The notes: generated by a model from the sequence alone, not told the origin. 64,000 bases of DNA from Octopus bimaculoides (GCF_001194135.2 NC_068982.1:39866616-39930615); one strand, 5' to 3'. Positions 13,616-28,570 are shown, numbered from the stretch's first letter. Numbers and translations are program-made.

Positions 13616-14531
13616 AAATATGTATATATTATTATATTCATATTATATGTATATATTATTATATATGTGTGTGTATAAAAATGTATATATTATTATATTT
13701 TGGGACGCTCATTTTGTTGCCAAATAAACACACGTACTATATATTTGTTCTTTAGTCGTTTATTACTGTTCTTACTTTAACTCATGGCCATTGTTCGGAA
13801 ATCTTTCGTCACACATCTGTAACCGCTTCAGTGACACTTTTCGTTTTCGTGATGCGCATGCGTTTGCGTTCATGTTTGTGTGTGTGTGCATGTGTGTGTA
13901 TGTGTGTATATGTGTGTATGCTTGTCTGTGTATGATTTTTTAGAACCAATAGACATGTGTACACATACTTATGATATATAAATATTAAAGAAATAATAAT
14001 AAAATACAAAACAAAGTGAATAAATAAGTATATTTGTCACATATCTGTGATAAATATAAGAAATAGATAAATAAATTTATATAAAGGGTATGGATACAAA
14101 CAACATACACAGGGAACCCATACTCACACAAAAACACACACACAACTTCACAGACGGCCGCAACAATATCAAGAACACAACCAACAACGACAACACCAGT
14201 GGCGGTGACAACGATGCCAATAACAACAATAGCAGCTACCAGGATGGCAACACTGTGGGCGAACACACAAACACAGAGAGATACTGAAACTGTACAAATT
14301 TTCGGGTCCTAGGACAGCAGCAGCACGATGGGGTGTGAAGATGTTGCTGAGGAGAGGACATACTTCTGCTAAGAACAATGACACACACATACATACACAC
14401 ACATACACACACACAAACACACACACAGACACACATACACGCATACACACAAACACGGACACAAACGCATGATATACTTCATAGAAGAGCAGAATCTAAC
14501 AAGTGGAGCAAGATCACACGCAAAAACGAAA

Positions 14532-14578
14532 TGTCTCGCTGAAGAGGTCACAGACGTGTGGCGAAAGATTTCCGGACA
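14532..14578 (+). ncRNA. Candidate minimal type I hammerhead ribozyme
   Basis: ugucucg CUGAAGA g gucaca gacg uguggc GAA agauuu C cggaca. 6-bp stem II, wobble-palindromic AGAUUU stem III, UUC site, stem I with one bulge. Confidence 0.5.
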
Positions 14579-15539
14579 ATGGACAATATAATATATTAAT
14601 ATATGTATATATCCATACATATATGTACATACCTACATCTGTATGTATACATACATGCATATATGGGTACATGACATAAAAAAAAAACGTTAAACACAAT
14701 GAGAAACGAGAACATAAAGACGAAGGCAGAAAACGAACTTTTTTCGAACAACGAAAAAAACAGAGAAACGAAAGATACAACATAAAGTATATTTCCCTTC
14801 TTCACTTGTCCATGTTCCATCTACTCCGAGTTCCGAACGCAAGGACAATGCGCGACTTCGTTGGAACAGTTCTTCCCGCAAAAAGGAAATGAACTAAATT
14901 TGGAATTTTTTGCGGAGGGTGAAATTGTAAACAAGAACAGGACAGTGAGAACAAGACAGTAAAAGACAGTAAAAACAAGACGGAACAGTGAAAATAAACG
15001 GTAAGGGCTGTTAGGCCAAGACGATTGAATGCGAAGTTAGATGTGAATGAGAGACAAAAAAATTCACGTCTTCTCTATAGGAAGAGAGGAAGTAGAAAGA
15101 AAGTATCCCATTCGTCACGTGTCAACAACGAGAGGGTCAAGGAGGAGGAGTGGTATGTATGTATATATGTATATATGTGTATATGTATATATGTATATAA
15201 TACAATTATGATTCAGTTGAATTAGCTACTTAAAATGAGGCACCTCGTTTGGCTGGAATGAAATGCACACACAAGAATATAAATTAAATATCAAATTTAG
15301 CACATAAGTACCGCCGGAATGATATTGCAGCGTATGGAGACAGTTAGATCCAGCGGAGTGAAGAAATTCGCTCCTAGCTATTCAGACATGTACTTTATAT
15401 TAAATATATTGTGTATAATAGTTACACCTGTGCCTTTTTGTAACTCATTTATATATGTATGTGTGCGTGTGTAGACACAAACACAAAGGCACACACAGAC
15501 ACACACACACACACACACATATATATACATATGCATACT

Positions 15540-15592
<53 letters not shown>

Positions 15593-18074
15593 NNNNNNNN
15601 NNCTCATTTATATATGTATGTATGTGTGTGTGTATGTATATATGTGTGTGTTTGTATGTATGCATGCTTATGTATATGCACATCCTTAAGTGCTGATTTT
15701 ATTTCTCACTGTGTTCTACTGTAAGTTATTTATTGCAAAATATCATTATTCGATCATACAAATTTGTCTACAGCTAAATATGTATGCACATAATTGAACC
15801 TGCGTCAATATATGTGCATTTGTGTGAATGTATTTCTTTATTGTTTTAATGTTTAGCTGTTTTAGCGTATAAATAGCGTATAATTTATAGTAGATGAATC
15901 AGAACGTTAATCTCGCTTAATAGAATTGGAAATGTTTTCTTTCAAAACAGGATGTTTTTCACAGGTAATCTCCCAGTATTTGAATATTCTAGAAATTATT
16001 TGTTCCATGCACAGAACAATTCAACATTGAATTGTCTTTTTGTTTCCACGTTTTTTTTATCCTATTATCTAAGAAAATTCATTTTTCTGGAGAAGTGTTG
16101 TATATTTTATCGTGATTTTTCTTTTAATAAACATTTCACCGAAAGCATTCTCCATCATTTTGCTTGTATGCCATTTTATATGTTCGTTTAAGCGTTAATA
16201 TTCATTCTTATAGTGTTTACGTTTATTGGACTGCGACCCCTTCAAACTTCCAATTGATGTAAAATTCCACCATTTATTATGGTAATTTACAAATATTGAA
16301 TTTCTCGGAGATAACATATTTGTTGACATGTTTCTGTGTTGGACGTTACTTTTATAACAAACAACGCAGATTTGGAATACATGTAATTTAACATTGTTCA
16401 TATTACAATTAAAATTTTATACAGTAATCTTGAAGAATAAAGTGTTAGAAATATTGTAAATTTGTATAGTTGAGTAGAAAGTTATAAAAACGAGGATGCA
16501 TAAAACAAAAATTTATTGCGCAGTTGTATTTGCGGTAATGTTCCTACAACGATGGCACTATTTCTTCAGAATCTGTGTTATTAAAGTGATACACCAATAT
16601 ATTTCATGATTTAACAATCGAAGTGTTTCGAGAGCCACGAACGGAAGAAACTTTAAGAACTATATTTCAATCTCTATTTGCAAGTCAAACTAGAATCGGA
16701 TTCTTATCAGGCATGGAAAAACGCTATAAAAAGAAATTTAATATTGATAATAAATTTATTCCTTCTAGATATACAATGATATATGTTTGTAGTATATTTA
16801 AATGTAGTGTTCATTATTCATTTCTAAAGACGTTTACGCATGTCTTTAGACATACAAATATATGTAAATAAGAGCATGTAATAATTTCTTTTTACTAGTC
16901 CCACATGCAAGTAGATTGTCAAATTTCGTTTCTAGTAGAAAATTACTGGCTAAAACTCCAGCATAAAATTACTGGTGTCAGAAATTTAATTTGAATTCCA
17001 CTAAAAAGTTAATATCGTCCCTTGCGTTATCATGTGTATATATGTTCATGTATGTATCTGTCTGTATCTGTGTGTGTTATTTATACATATGAGGATTCTG
17101 TATATGGTTGTATGTATGGAGGATAGTTCAGATGAAGTATTGACTTTCCATTTACTTCAGTTTTAACCACTTCACTGTACAGATGCATAGATTTTTATTG
17201 ATACATATAATCAGTTGTAATCACGATTTTAAAGAAATATATGCTTGTAAAATATGTATAACTAGAACTTGTCTATTACGATTAATCATCATCAATTTAT
17301 TAAAATTCAATCACGTACAGACCAACCATCTAATATTACCTGTGAGATTCTCCTGTTACAAACTAATATCTCCATCATTACTATCTCAAATGATCAAATA
17401 CTATTACTAACCTAACGCTTTGATTATCTGTTTCTCGCTAGTCACCACGTCATTCATTTCCGTGTTAAGATGACAATCGTCGAAGATGGGGATTACTGAC
17501 GCAATGGCACGGGATTTGCACATAATGAACGAAAACTATATTAAAACCTAAGCAGAATGATTACTTGCTCCATGTGTCTTAACAACCAATATTATCGATC
17601 ATCAAGATAGCAAACATTACTTTCGATATCATCGGAAGAGCATCATAGAATCAGCATGATCGTTCTTTTGTAAACAGAACTATGCTTTGCATTCAGTAAT
17701 CTCCAAGGACCTCAGTTGACAATTTAAATAGATTATTCCGACTAGAGCTGAATACATCGGTTAATGGTCGAAATATTCAGATTCAGATGTTTATTCACCA
17801 TCTGAGAATTTAACTTTTGTGCAATGGAAAATGTTAAAGGACTTTGAAACTATAATTGATGGAGGAGTCAATTATATGTATGTACACACCCACATGTATC
17901 TGTCTGCATACGTATATATGTATGTGCGCATGTATATGACTACAAAGAAAATGGTCAATGTACATATTGCGTATAGTAACTTTGTGCTCAACACGTTTCA
18001 AATTTCTCATAAAATTATGCACATGGATACACACATACATACATACACGTGAGCGCACGCACGCACGCACGCAC

Positions 18075-18144
<70 letters not shown>

Positions 18145-18267
18145 TCAGGATTCAGGCAAATCAGATCCTTGAATAGCAAAGCACTAAAGTTGGGTCTCAA
18201 ATTTGTGCTCATTAAACTAAACACGGATTTATATTTTGTACAATCACAAACGGATGACTGAATATAC

Positions 18268-18362
18268 CATGAATCTTAAGGCTGCACACGGGTACAAACA
18301 CGGCACCAATTCTGCTGCGGTCAATAGACTCCAGATCCACGAGAATTACAGGTTCCGAGTTG
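18268..18362 (-). CDS. Possible isolated internal coding exon (95 nt), unidentified
   Basis: T-rich acceptor (ttggtttattatttag), donor gtatat, GC-richer than its flanks, one open frame NSEPVILVDLESIDRSRIGAVFVPVCSLKIH. No homologue recognised. Confidence 0.2.
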
Positions 18363-19249
18363 CTAAATAATAAACCAAATAATAACAGATAGATTGTGGT
18401 TCATTCACTACAGATGTTTCAGACATGTTCCTTTTAATGAATCGAATTATTTCATCATGTGGAAAAAACCGTTTTTATCAGGTGAATATTTGTACGAATT
18501 AAACATTTCAAAATATCTTAAATTCCAAAATATGTGATATTTAATGTAACTCTCGAAATATTCGGTCGGAGAAGTTGAGATGGTTTGAAATGTTTAATTC
18601 GTAAATACATTCACCTGGAGAAAACGGCTCTTTTCACATGTAATAATTCTATTCATCAATAGAAAACACGTCTGAAATATTTGTAGTGATTGAACAACAA
18701 TCACTCTCTTGTTATTTGATTTATATATATATATATATAGTCGGGGGGAGTAAGATGAAAAATAAGCGAAAATGCTCATTGGAAATCAAAAAAAGTAAAG
18801 ACTTTTTATGAAAAGTAACGGTAGATATATACAATTAGATGAACTGAGGTAGGAATAAAAGTAATAAAAGTCATTATTGTGAATTGTTAAAGAAATTCAA
18901 AAGCATACCTGTTTCGTAAAGTTATTAATCATTGCTTTGAATGCACACCGATTACTGATTGGTATCAGGTCTACTAGTGCTTGAATAAAACGATTATGTG
19001 TAAGTGAAGTAAGTAGTTCTGTATTATGTTATGTGTTCATATTTAGTTGTGGAAGATATTTATTGATGAAAGTTGCCTCTCCATTAATTCTTTATTGTAT
19101 TTAGGTGTTATGTGAACATTGATAGAAGGGGAAAATTAGGAAATTAGGATTAAGATTCCTAGCACAACTGTTTATGTGTCCACTGACCTGTATCTGTCTG
19201 TATTGTGGGTGGCGGATTTGTTCTTTGTGGAGAGCGGTTCTTCGACGGA

Positions 19250-20785
19250 GTGATTTCCTGTATGGCCAATATAATCATTACAGCCGAATAAAGAAAGTTT
19301 GGACCTCAGAACTCTCTGCATTCAATAAAACAGTAGCCCAAAATGTGTTTGCAGTGGACCACTGCTTTATTGAATGGGCTGCATCATTTGACACTTGACG
19401 AGATCCGAGTTATTGATGTGAAAACTCGAAAAATACTAACAAGCACACAAAATTTCCACATAACCTGACGTAGACCGCTTCTACCTAAAACGAAAACAAG
19501 GCGGCAGAGACTTAACATCGATCCAAAATGCCTTTGGATGTCGCACCATATCCCTTCGGCAACATCTTTTAACCACCAAGTGTCGAAGTGCATCCCTTGA
19601 CTAAATTTTCATTAATGAGACTGATAAAATCATAAGATTTGGAAAGCAGCTCTTTGAGCAACACTATTTATTTGATAACCTAGAATACATTCCCCAAAAG
19701 AAGCCGCACGACTCTACCGCAAAGTATCATCAGATGAAAGGATGAGCCTATATGAGCAGAAGACTATGCGTCGATATATTAGTAGAAAGTTCCGTGATGA
19801 TAGTAACATCGATCATGAAACAGTTTATCATGGACCAATAGCCGGATTACAACCCACCACTTTAAAGGGTATGCATTTGCAATCCAGGAACAGGAAATAT
19901 CAATCAATTACCTGATGCACAAAAGGGATAGAGATGCAGGAAAATCTGTACAATGTGACAACCGATGCAGACTTTGTGGAGTTCACACTGAAGATATCCC
20001 CCACATCATAAGCAGTTGTCCGAAAATGTCATCACGGTATTATCTACGGATGAGACATGATGTTGTAGCTAAGACACTCTATAATGAAATCCGTCGGAAG
20101 GATAATCCCGAGGACAAAGAAATAAGAACCCACAATACGCTAGAAACCATAACCACTAAAAATAAAAAGGAATGCTGGTGGAATGTACCAGTGGAGACCT
20201 CAATAAAATGTAAGCCTACAGACCTGATATAATGATTTGTGATGAAGAAGAGAAACTGTGCACGGTTATGGAAATTAGCTGCCCAGCAGATGTTAACATA
20301 AAGGACAAGATCAGTGAAAAAGAGAACATCTATGGTAAACCATTGAGAAATCTGCAGTTACTCTATCCAGATTATAAGGTTAAGGTTTATACCTGTGATG
20401 ATAGGGGCCCTGGGATATATAGCACACTGCCTAAATACCAATCTTGAGAAATTAGGCTTCTCAAAACCAGAAAGAAGAAAGCTAATTCGAAGACTGTAAA
20501 AATTTGTAAAACTTCCCAGAAGTTTATCATTTAAATACATATGAGCCTGTATAGAGATACAACTATATGCATGAGAATACATACATAAAACATACAAATC
20601 TGCTCATACATACATACATACATACATACGTACATACATACATACATACATATATACATACATACATGCATACATGCATACAAAAATTGTTGACGTTGAA
20701 ATTCCAATGAAAGAGATTTCTATCTAGGCTAGAAACAGGATCTTTCTCTATTGGCAAGAAATCTTGAAAAAAAACTTAATAATGA
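19250..20785 (+). pseudogene. R4/Dong-like non-LTR retrotransposon, 3' portion (thumb, CCHC finger, RLE endonuclease, 3' UTR)
   Basis: SRIKKVWTSELSAFNKTVAQN; DRFYLKRKQGGR; CRLCGVHTEDIPHIISSC (CCHC) followed by RHD; KPDLI...EISCP...K (PD-(D/E)xK-type). Frameshifted, with a tail ending near aaacttaataat. Confidence 0.9.
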
Positions 20786-21149
20786 CACAACATACATGCA
20801 TACAAACATAAATACATACATAATACGCACATACATATATATGTAGAATGTAATAGTTTCATGAAGAATAATTAAAAAATTATAAATGTTTATTTCATTT
20901 GTATCTAAATATTTCTTTCACTAATAAATTGGCTTTACCCCGATTTGCTATGGATTTGTGGAGGGTTAGAGTATAATGATACATACTTTGAGGTATTTTT
21001 TCATGCAATTCTGTAAATGATATAATATTCGAAATTTTTCTCATACCTATCTCTCAAGAGTTTCTCATACATGTACTACTGGATAAAATCAGAGCTTTCA
21101 TCAAGTCATGTCAGCACTTTCATTCTGAGTATTTTTTTTTTCAAATTGC

Positions 21150-21480
21150 TTTAATACCACGGAGCTGCAACATCTTGAGTGCATTTCTTATGAACCCTTA
21201 CATTGGAATAGTTGGGTAATTAGCTGTATTCAACACCGTTTAACTGTTTCTTAATAAAAATTGGTTTGATCCGCCCGTCATACTAACCACCCCGCGCATA
21301 ATAACTCCAACACCTTGTTTAGACTCTGAAGAATTCGGCTCCCATATTTCAGTTTTGGCGTGCCTTGATCTGGAAAATTAACAAAGTTCGATTTCTTTAG
21401 ATCATATTACTGGCGACCAAAGGTCTTCAAAACACTTTTTCCCAGACGCATATTTTAATTATTGCTATTTGAAATCAATA
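21150..21480 (-). pseudogene. Possible Tc1-like transposase remnant
   Basis: Minus translation SKQGVGVIMRGVVSMTGG...VLNTANY resembles the Tc1 QGGGGVMxW...LNSxxY segment. Heavily decayed. Confidence 0.35.
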
Positions 21481-22729
21481 CTTGTAACTCTTTTTACACA
21501 TTCGTGGTCTTTTAAACATGTTCTTATATAACATAGTAACATATTCTAAGAACGTGCTACCTCACTAGCAGTTGCAAGCTAATTTTTAATGACTGCCTTC
21601 TTTCCCCTCTCAGAAACCTTCTGAATAGAAGCATTTTCCCAGACAAACATGCTTAATGATTGCAAAGTCTCTTTTCATATATTTGGTGGGTCTAATTTTG
21701 CATGAAAATGTCTATCAAATTTACGTGGCTACAATATGTTCCGTAATATATTTTTTTGTATTCAAATTATGCCCATTTTAATACGTATATCTCGCATGCG
21801 CACTTTTTTATGAGTTATAACTATTCTTAGACAATGATATATGCACGCACACACAGACACACATACATACACATACATGCATACATAATACATGAATGAA
21901 AATACATATTTATGCATACATGCATATATACATAATGCATGCATGCATACATAATGCATAAATACATACATACATGCATACACATATACATACATACATA
22001 CATACATGCATCTAGGCATGCATACATACATACATACATACATGCATTCATACATACATACATACATACGTACATACATACATACATACATACATACATA
22101 CATACATACATACATACATACCTACATACATGCATACAGTGTGATCCCGACAAACTTTTTTAAAGAAACCAACATAATACCACAGCAAAGTCTATCCCAT
22201 AAAACGCTTAAAATTCAAAAGTTAAAATCTAAATGATAAACAGTAAAATATAGTTCCTTCATTTGTTCTCTAATCTTTGCTTTAATGACTATTAGGCGAC
22301 GGCTAATCATTGATTAGAGAAATATCATATTCATACAAGTTTATCACTGAAAAACCATTACAATCTAATTCATATTTTAATTCTCCAAATACTTCCCGGC
22401 ATTCTTCATGATTTAGCTTTTTACTAACGTCAACATTTCCTTCCTATGAACGAAATCTGACGTCTTTAGTTGTACTCAGAAGATTCCTCAGTAGATTAGC
22501 TTCTATTCCATCTAATTAATTGCTGATTCTATTAATTCAAGTAAGACTTAGCAACCTAAATTAACTTAGGCTTAGGAAGTTACAGTAGTAAGACCAGGTT
22601 TTTGTGGAATGTCTCCTGCCTTTTTTCACGTCGTTCGGTAATATCCATGATAGCCACTGCTTCCAATTTGCACTTTAAGATGTTTATCAAAGTAATCCTT
22701 TGAATTACACGCACAAGGCCTGATTAATT

Positions 22730-22918
22730 TTTTTTTAAGGGAAAGGCTAAATCGATTACATGAACACCAGTGCTTAACTGACACTTATTTCATCGGCCCC
22801 GGAACAATGAACACCGAAGGCAACCTCGATGAAATATGAAATCAGAACATTAAGACGGATGAAATACCTTTAAGCATTTTTCCGACATCCTAACAATTCT
22901 GCCAGTTCACAGCCTTAA
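22730..22918 (-). mobile_element. Degenerate SINE family B
   Basis: aatcgattacatgaacaccagtgcttaactgacactta ... taagcatttttccgacatcctaacaattctgccagttcacagcctta aligns with 55432-55655. Confidence 0.6.
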
Positions 22919-24141
22919 TGTTTATCAAAATATTATCAAGGTACTGAATACCTCGTTTCAAAATAACACTTGATCACATTTTCATGAACTTTAATATTTT
23001 GCAATGTGTTTCATTGGTGTAATAAAAGAAACTATAAAGTTGTGCCTATGAATAGCACAGATAATGTTTAATGCTGCAGGTCATTTATCGCATACTTTAC
23101 TCAACAATAAAGTGCTTCACTCCAACATTTACAGAAGCAGAATACAATAACCCTATAAGAAATAATTTGTCTATCAAATTGTCTTTCATGTAGAAACGAT
23201 GGATTATTGGCTATTCATGTAGAATAACCATGATATTTCATTTGTTTGTCTGAGATAGACAACGCAAGACTGCAGTAAAATGTTTTCTATTTTATTCTCA
23301 TTTCTGACATTAAATTGACATGTTTTTTTTATGGAGTGATATGTCTGTTACCATGTCAATTGTTTCGCTTTCATGTTTCGAATCCACTTACTTCAACTTT
23401 TGCTATATCCACAATTTTATGATAAAGATATAAATCTGCACAACCTTACCCAATTTAGATGGTGTTATTTGTGAATATTTTTTTACTTTGCAATACAGAA
23501 TTTTTACCTACAAATCTCTGGCAGCCACATTTGAGTACTTAAAAGATTGTGTAAATCTATACATAATTGTCAGTATCTTACGTGTTCTTTTCTTTCAAAT
23601 TTACGTACAGTTTTATTTCAATATAACCATATTGTCTCTTGCCGTCCAACTTATTCAGCCAGTTTTGTATGAAATACATTTCTTTTTCACATCCATACAT
23701 TTATTATAAAGCTGTATGTTCAAGTATTTTCTACTGCTAGCAGGTTAGCAGACCAATGAAACATTTACGTTTTAAATTTAATATTTTAAAGTAAATTATC
23801 AGCTTTTAACAGTAGCGTGTAAACACAAGCTTCCGGCGTGATAACAGAATTAACAATTTCGATTCGATTCATTCGCTAGGAAAGCTATTTCGTAGCCGCA
23901 AGTAAGTGTATATACATTAAACGTTAAATGTCTCTAAGCTAACGCTTTGGGAATCTTCTTTTCTCAGATTTCATTTTGCGCTTACATCTTATTTTTTTTC
24001 GCTCGTGTATAATTTAATCAAAATCAATGTCAAAATTTTCCCAATTTTCCCATTTTTGACTCAAACATATGTATATGTATTCATCTGCATGTGGTAGTAT
24101 GTTTATGTGTATGTATGCATGTGTGTATGCATATGTCCATG

Positions 24142-24187
<46 letters not shown>

Positions 24188-24188
24188 T

Positions 24189-24237
<49 letters not shown>

Positions 24238-24302
24238 CATACGCGCACACATATACACACACCACACAAAACACACACACACACACAGAAACTCACACAC
24301 AC

Positions 24303-24367
<65 letters not shown>

Positions 24368-24372
<5 letters not shown>

Positions 24373-25716
24373 GTTGAAAATGCACTGAATATAGTTAAAA
24401 TATTTCAATATATTTAAAGCTTTAACTGGTTTCACAGTTTACACTGATTTTCAAAAAGGAGACGTGGCTTATGTCGCAGCTGTCTTTTTTCTGACAAGCG
24501 TTTGAAGCTTTCCCTATTTTTGTAGGGAGTTCATGGCTCAAATTAGTATATGTTTTGAATAGCATTTGATTGGTAGAGGATATTCACATGAATTTTCTTA
24601 GAATTTTTGTAGGTTCCTCGCTACATCTGTGTGTTATTATCAAGTAACAATGTTTGGCGCCATGAGTTAAGGCTGACACGGTTGACTGAATATGTCCAAA
24701 CACTCAATGCTCTGAATATTTTCTGTGAAATGTTTGTAGATTATGAGCAAATGATTAAGTTTATAACCTATTGTACGTTTCTCGCCACGTCCGTGCGTTA
24801 GTGACACGTGACAGTATATTTTGCGCCTAAAAAGAAAACCGACGCGGGTGAGTGAACATGTCTAGTTATAATCAAGTCACTCTCAATCAAGATATATGTG
24901 CTCAAAATAATTCCCTCAGATTCCAGGTCTTCCCACTGTATCTACTTTCAGCGAATACCACAGATGAAGTACTGATGAACAAAGAAAATACTTTCATGCA
25001 AAAGTACAATCGAAGACTTAACAAACTTTAACAGAATACATACAGAAATAACAATTCATATGCAAAACTCATTCTGCCACATATCATGAGGAACCCACAC
25101 AGCTAACAACCTACACGTTAGCCAATGCACTACATACAAACGAGTCCAGTCCACTCTCCCACCAGACAGATTAAATTTGGAGTGCCTTGATTATAACTAA
25201 ACATGTTCACTCAACCACGTCGGCCTTCAAAAGAAGGGAAATGCACAAAGGGTTATACACTTAATCATGTGTTCATTCTCTACAAACACTTGACAGAAAA
25301 CATTTAGAATATTGAGTGTTTGGACAATGTTCAGTCAACCATGTCAGCCTTAACTTACGATGCCAAACATTTTCACTTGACACTAACACACAGACGTAGC
25401 GGAAAACCTACAAAGATTTCTACGACCAGTCATGTAATTATCCTCTACCAATCAGATCCCATTCAAAACATATACTAATTTGAGCCATGGAAACCATATA
25501 AAAACAGGGCAAATTTCAAACACTAGTCAGAAGCAAGAAAGCTGCGTCATAAGCCACGTCTTTCTATTTGAACGTTTTGAAAATCAGTGTAAACTATGAA
25601 ACAATTTAAAGCTTTAAATATATTAATTAAAAATATTTTAACTACACGCAGTGCATTGTCGACTTCTACTTTCCCTATATTTCTACCCGTGTCGAATAAA
25701 ATAACTTTGTTTCTCT
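24368..25716. mobile_element. Fold-back / long-TIR non-autonomous element (about 500-bp diverged arms)
   Basis: 24368-24885 is the reverse complement of about 25180-25670 (e.g. acgtggcttatgtcgcagc / gctgcgtcataagccacgt; agtgaacatgtctagttataatcaag / cttgattataactaaacatgttcact). No ORF. Confidence 0.8.
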
Positions 25717-26139
25717 NNNNNNNNNNNNNNNNNNNNNNNNNNNNNNNNNNNNNNNNNNNNNNNNNNNNNNNNNNNNNNNNNNNNNNNNNNNNNNNNNNNN
25801 NNNNNNNNNNNNNNNNNNNNNNNNNNNNNNNNNNNNNNNNNNNNNNNNNNNNNNNNNNNNNNNNNNNNNNNNNNNNNNNNNNNNNNNNNNNNNNNNNNNN
25901 NNNNNNNNNNNNNNNNNNNNNNNNNNNNNNNNNNNNNNNNNNNNNNNNNNNNNNNNNNNNNNNNNNNNNNNNNNNNNNNNNNNNNNNNNNNNNNNNNNNN
26001 NNNNNNNNNNNNNNNNNNNATATATATATATATATATATAGATAGATAGATAAACGTATATACACAAATTTTATGTCTAGTTTAGTGCAAAATTGGGCAT
26101 AGTATTTATTATTAAATCACAGAATTAAAATTTTTTTAC

Positions 26140-26320
26140 TGCGCCAGATATAATGCTTAGCAGCATTTCTTCTGAGTTTTACATTCGGAGTTCAAATGAC
26201 ACCGAGGTTCAGTTTGCTTGTCATCCTTTCGGGGCCGACAAAATATGTACCAGTTAATCGACTAGCTCCCGAGCCTCAAAGTTTCAAGTTTTGTATTTAT
26301 ATCAGAAAGATTCATTAACT
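26140..26320 (+). mobile_element. Degenerate SINE family B
   Basis: aatgcttagcagcatttc...gagttcaaatgacaccgagg...catcctttcggggccgac...gtaccagttaatcgact matches 1750-1865. Confidence 0.6.
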
Positions 26321-27035
26321 CACATACGTCGTTCGAATTGCACATGTTGGGAGAGAAACACTTTCTTTTTCTGCACATAAGTGTGCTACTCACAAGTAGT
26401 ACGTTTGTTCATGACTATACAGAATATAGTATTCAATATATTTTTGGCCTTGAGCTTAAATGATTATAAAATGTCCGTCTCCCTCCTCATTCTCATTCTG
26501 TTTATCCCGCTAACACACTTACCACCCTTGGGTTCTCCTTTTCTCCCAAACCTTCTTTTATATTTCGTACAATAACCTCATATTTTCATCCTGTATATAT
26601 CACAAACTCTCTTTCTCTCACCCTCACTTTCTGTCTCTCTTTCTCTCTCTCTCAATCTCTCTGTCTTTCTCTCTCTCCCCAATTTCTCGATGCCGACATT
26701 TACAGTGAATAATTGTTCTTTTCGATGCATTTAGCATTTTCCACTGTAGAGAAAGTTCTCTATTATTCTCATCCTGCACATACAAAGCGAAAATGTACTT
26801 TAAAGCTGTTTCAAATAACGTTTGAAGATGAGTATGTATCATCTTATAAATCGTATAATTGTATAATTGTTTATCAATTTTACTGCTTCATATAATTATA
26901 TACATATATCCATGTGTATATATGTTTGTGTGTGTGTGTCTTTATTTATACTATATATTTATATGCATATGTACATATATATATATGTATGCGCGCGCGC
27001 ACACACAAGAATTTATCTACATATTTATATATATC

Positions 27036-27071
<36 letters not shown>

Positions 27072-27260
27072 CGCGAGTGTTTGTGTTTGTACGCATCAAT
27101 TATAGTATTGTGTTACTTCTGCAGTAGCAAAAATCTCCTCGAGAAATATCCGCATTTTTTCCAACAGGTAGCCGATATACGAATGCCACTCAGATATTTA
27201 CCGAAAGAAAGTGTCATCAACATCGAATCAGGGTGCATAAGTGGGTGGTTAAAAAAGGAA

Positions 27261-27580
27261 CATTCCGTCGGTTACGACGACGAAGGTCCCAGCTGATACG
27301 ATCAACGGAACAGCTTGCTCGTGAAATTAAAGTGCAAGTGACTGAGCATTCCACAGACACGTGTACCCCTAACGTACTTCTCAGGGAGATTCAGCGTAAC
27401 ACAGAGTGTGACAAGGCCGGCCCTTTGAAATACAGGTACTACTCATTTTTTCCAGCTGAGTGAACTGAGCAACGTGAACTAAAGTGTCTTGCTCAAAATC
27501 ACAACGCGTTGCCGGGAATTGAACTCACGACCTTACGATCGTGAGCCGAATGCGCTAACCACTAAGCCACTCACCTTCAC
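27261..27580 (-). mobile_element. tRNA-derived SINE with CORE-like segment (family C)
   Basis: Minus strand: ggcttagtggttagcgc (A box), gagttcaattccc (B box), ttgagcaagacacttta...ttgctc...cagctgg (CORE-like). The 3' tail is shared with 29470-29852. Confidence 0.85.
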
Positions 27581-28511
27581 TAATGAGCCTAGAATGTAAG
27601 AGACGTTTTAATAACACCTCTATTTTTCTAGTGTAAGGCAAGGCTGTCTTCAGAAGTAAATAGTCTGTAGGATATTCATTGAGCGCAATACCAGAACGTA
27701 AAATGAGATATCACAGTATTTCAGCAACGGATATAAAATATGTATCATAGAAACTGTATTATAAGTGTATGTTTGTACGTAAGTGTGTGTAAGTGTGTGT
27801 GTGTGTGTGTGTGTGTGTATGTACTTGCTTGTATAACTCACATGAATCTGTGTTTTTATGTATTGTTACACACACGTATCTTATGTATGGACTGTGTCGT
27901 TTGCAATATTGGGCCAAGTGTCTAACTTCTTAAGTCGTTGATTTTCCCCGTGTGCATAGTTCGACTTTTGGAGACTGGAACATATTAACCCTTTAGCATC
28001 CATTTTGTCAAATGTAATGCTTATTCGTTCAGATTGTTTTGAATTACTCACACATCATTTTGTAGCTTCAAAATGTCGATGGTGTGTTTGTATATTTTTA
28101 GAATGACATTACAGGATAGATGTGAGAGGTTGGATTTGGTTGGTCTTAACATAAAACAGGTATGATATTTGGGCCCAACATCGCTGGATTAAATGCTAAA
28201 GGGTTAAAGTCTGTTACTGCACGATGTGTTTAGTGACGTATGACCATACTGTAATGTACGTAATGTATGTGTACATTTCCTTACAACACATGCAACTTTC
28301 CTACGGCGTAGCTAACCATATCTGTTTCCTATTGTGTAACGTATGTATTATATGGTTGCATATCGTCTGTATATTTCAACAACTACATGGGCACAATATT
28401 ACTGCAATTTAATGGAGTGGTAATAGATAACGGAAAATTCAGCAATTCACTATATTGTGTAATAGAACGCGTCTGCAACATGTGATTGAAGAGCTTGGAA
28501 TAGGTGTTCTA

Positions 28512-28570
<59 letters not shown>

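Noticed and set aside
14169-14270. Cys-rich toxin-like peptide CCHPGSCYCCYWHRC (minus strand) and similar at 7055-7170
   Set aside because: They are frame products of degenerate (TTG/CTG)n repeats, with no signal peptide or gene structure.
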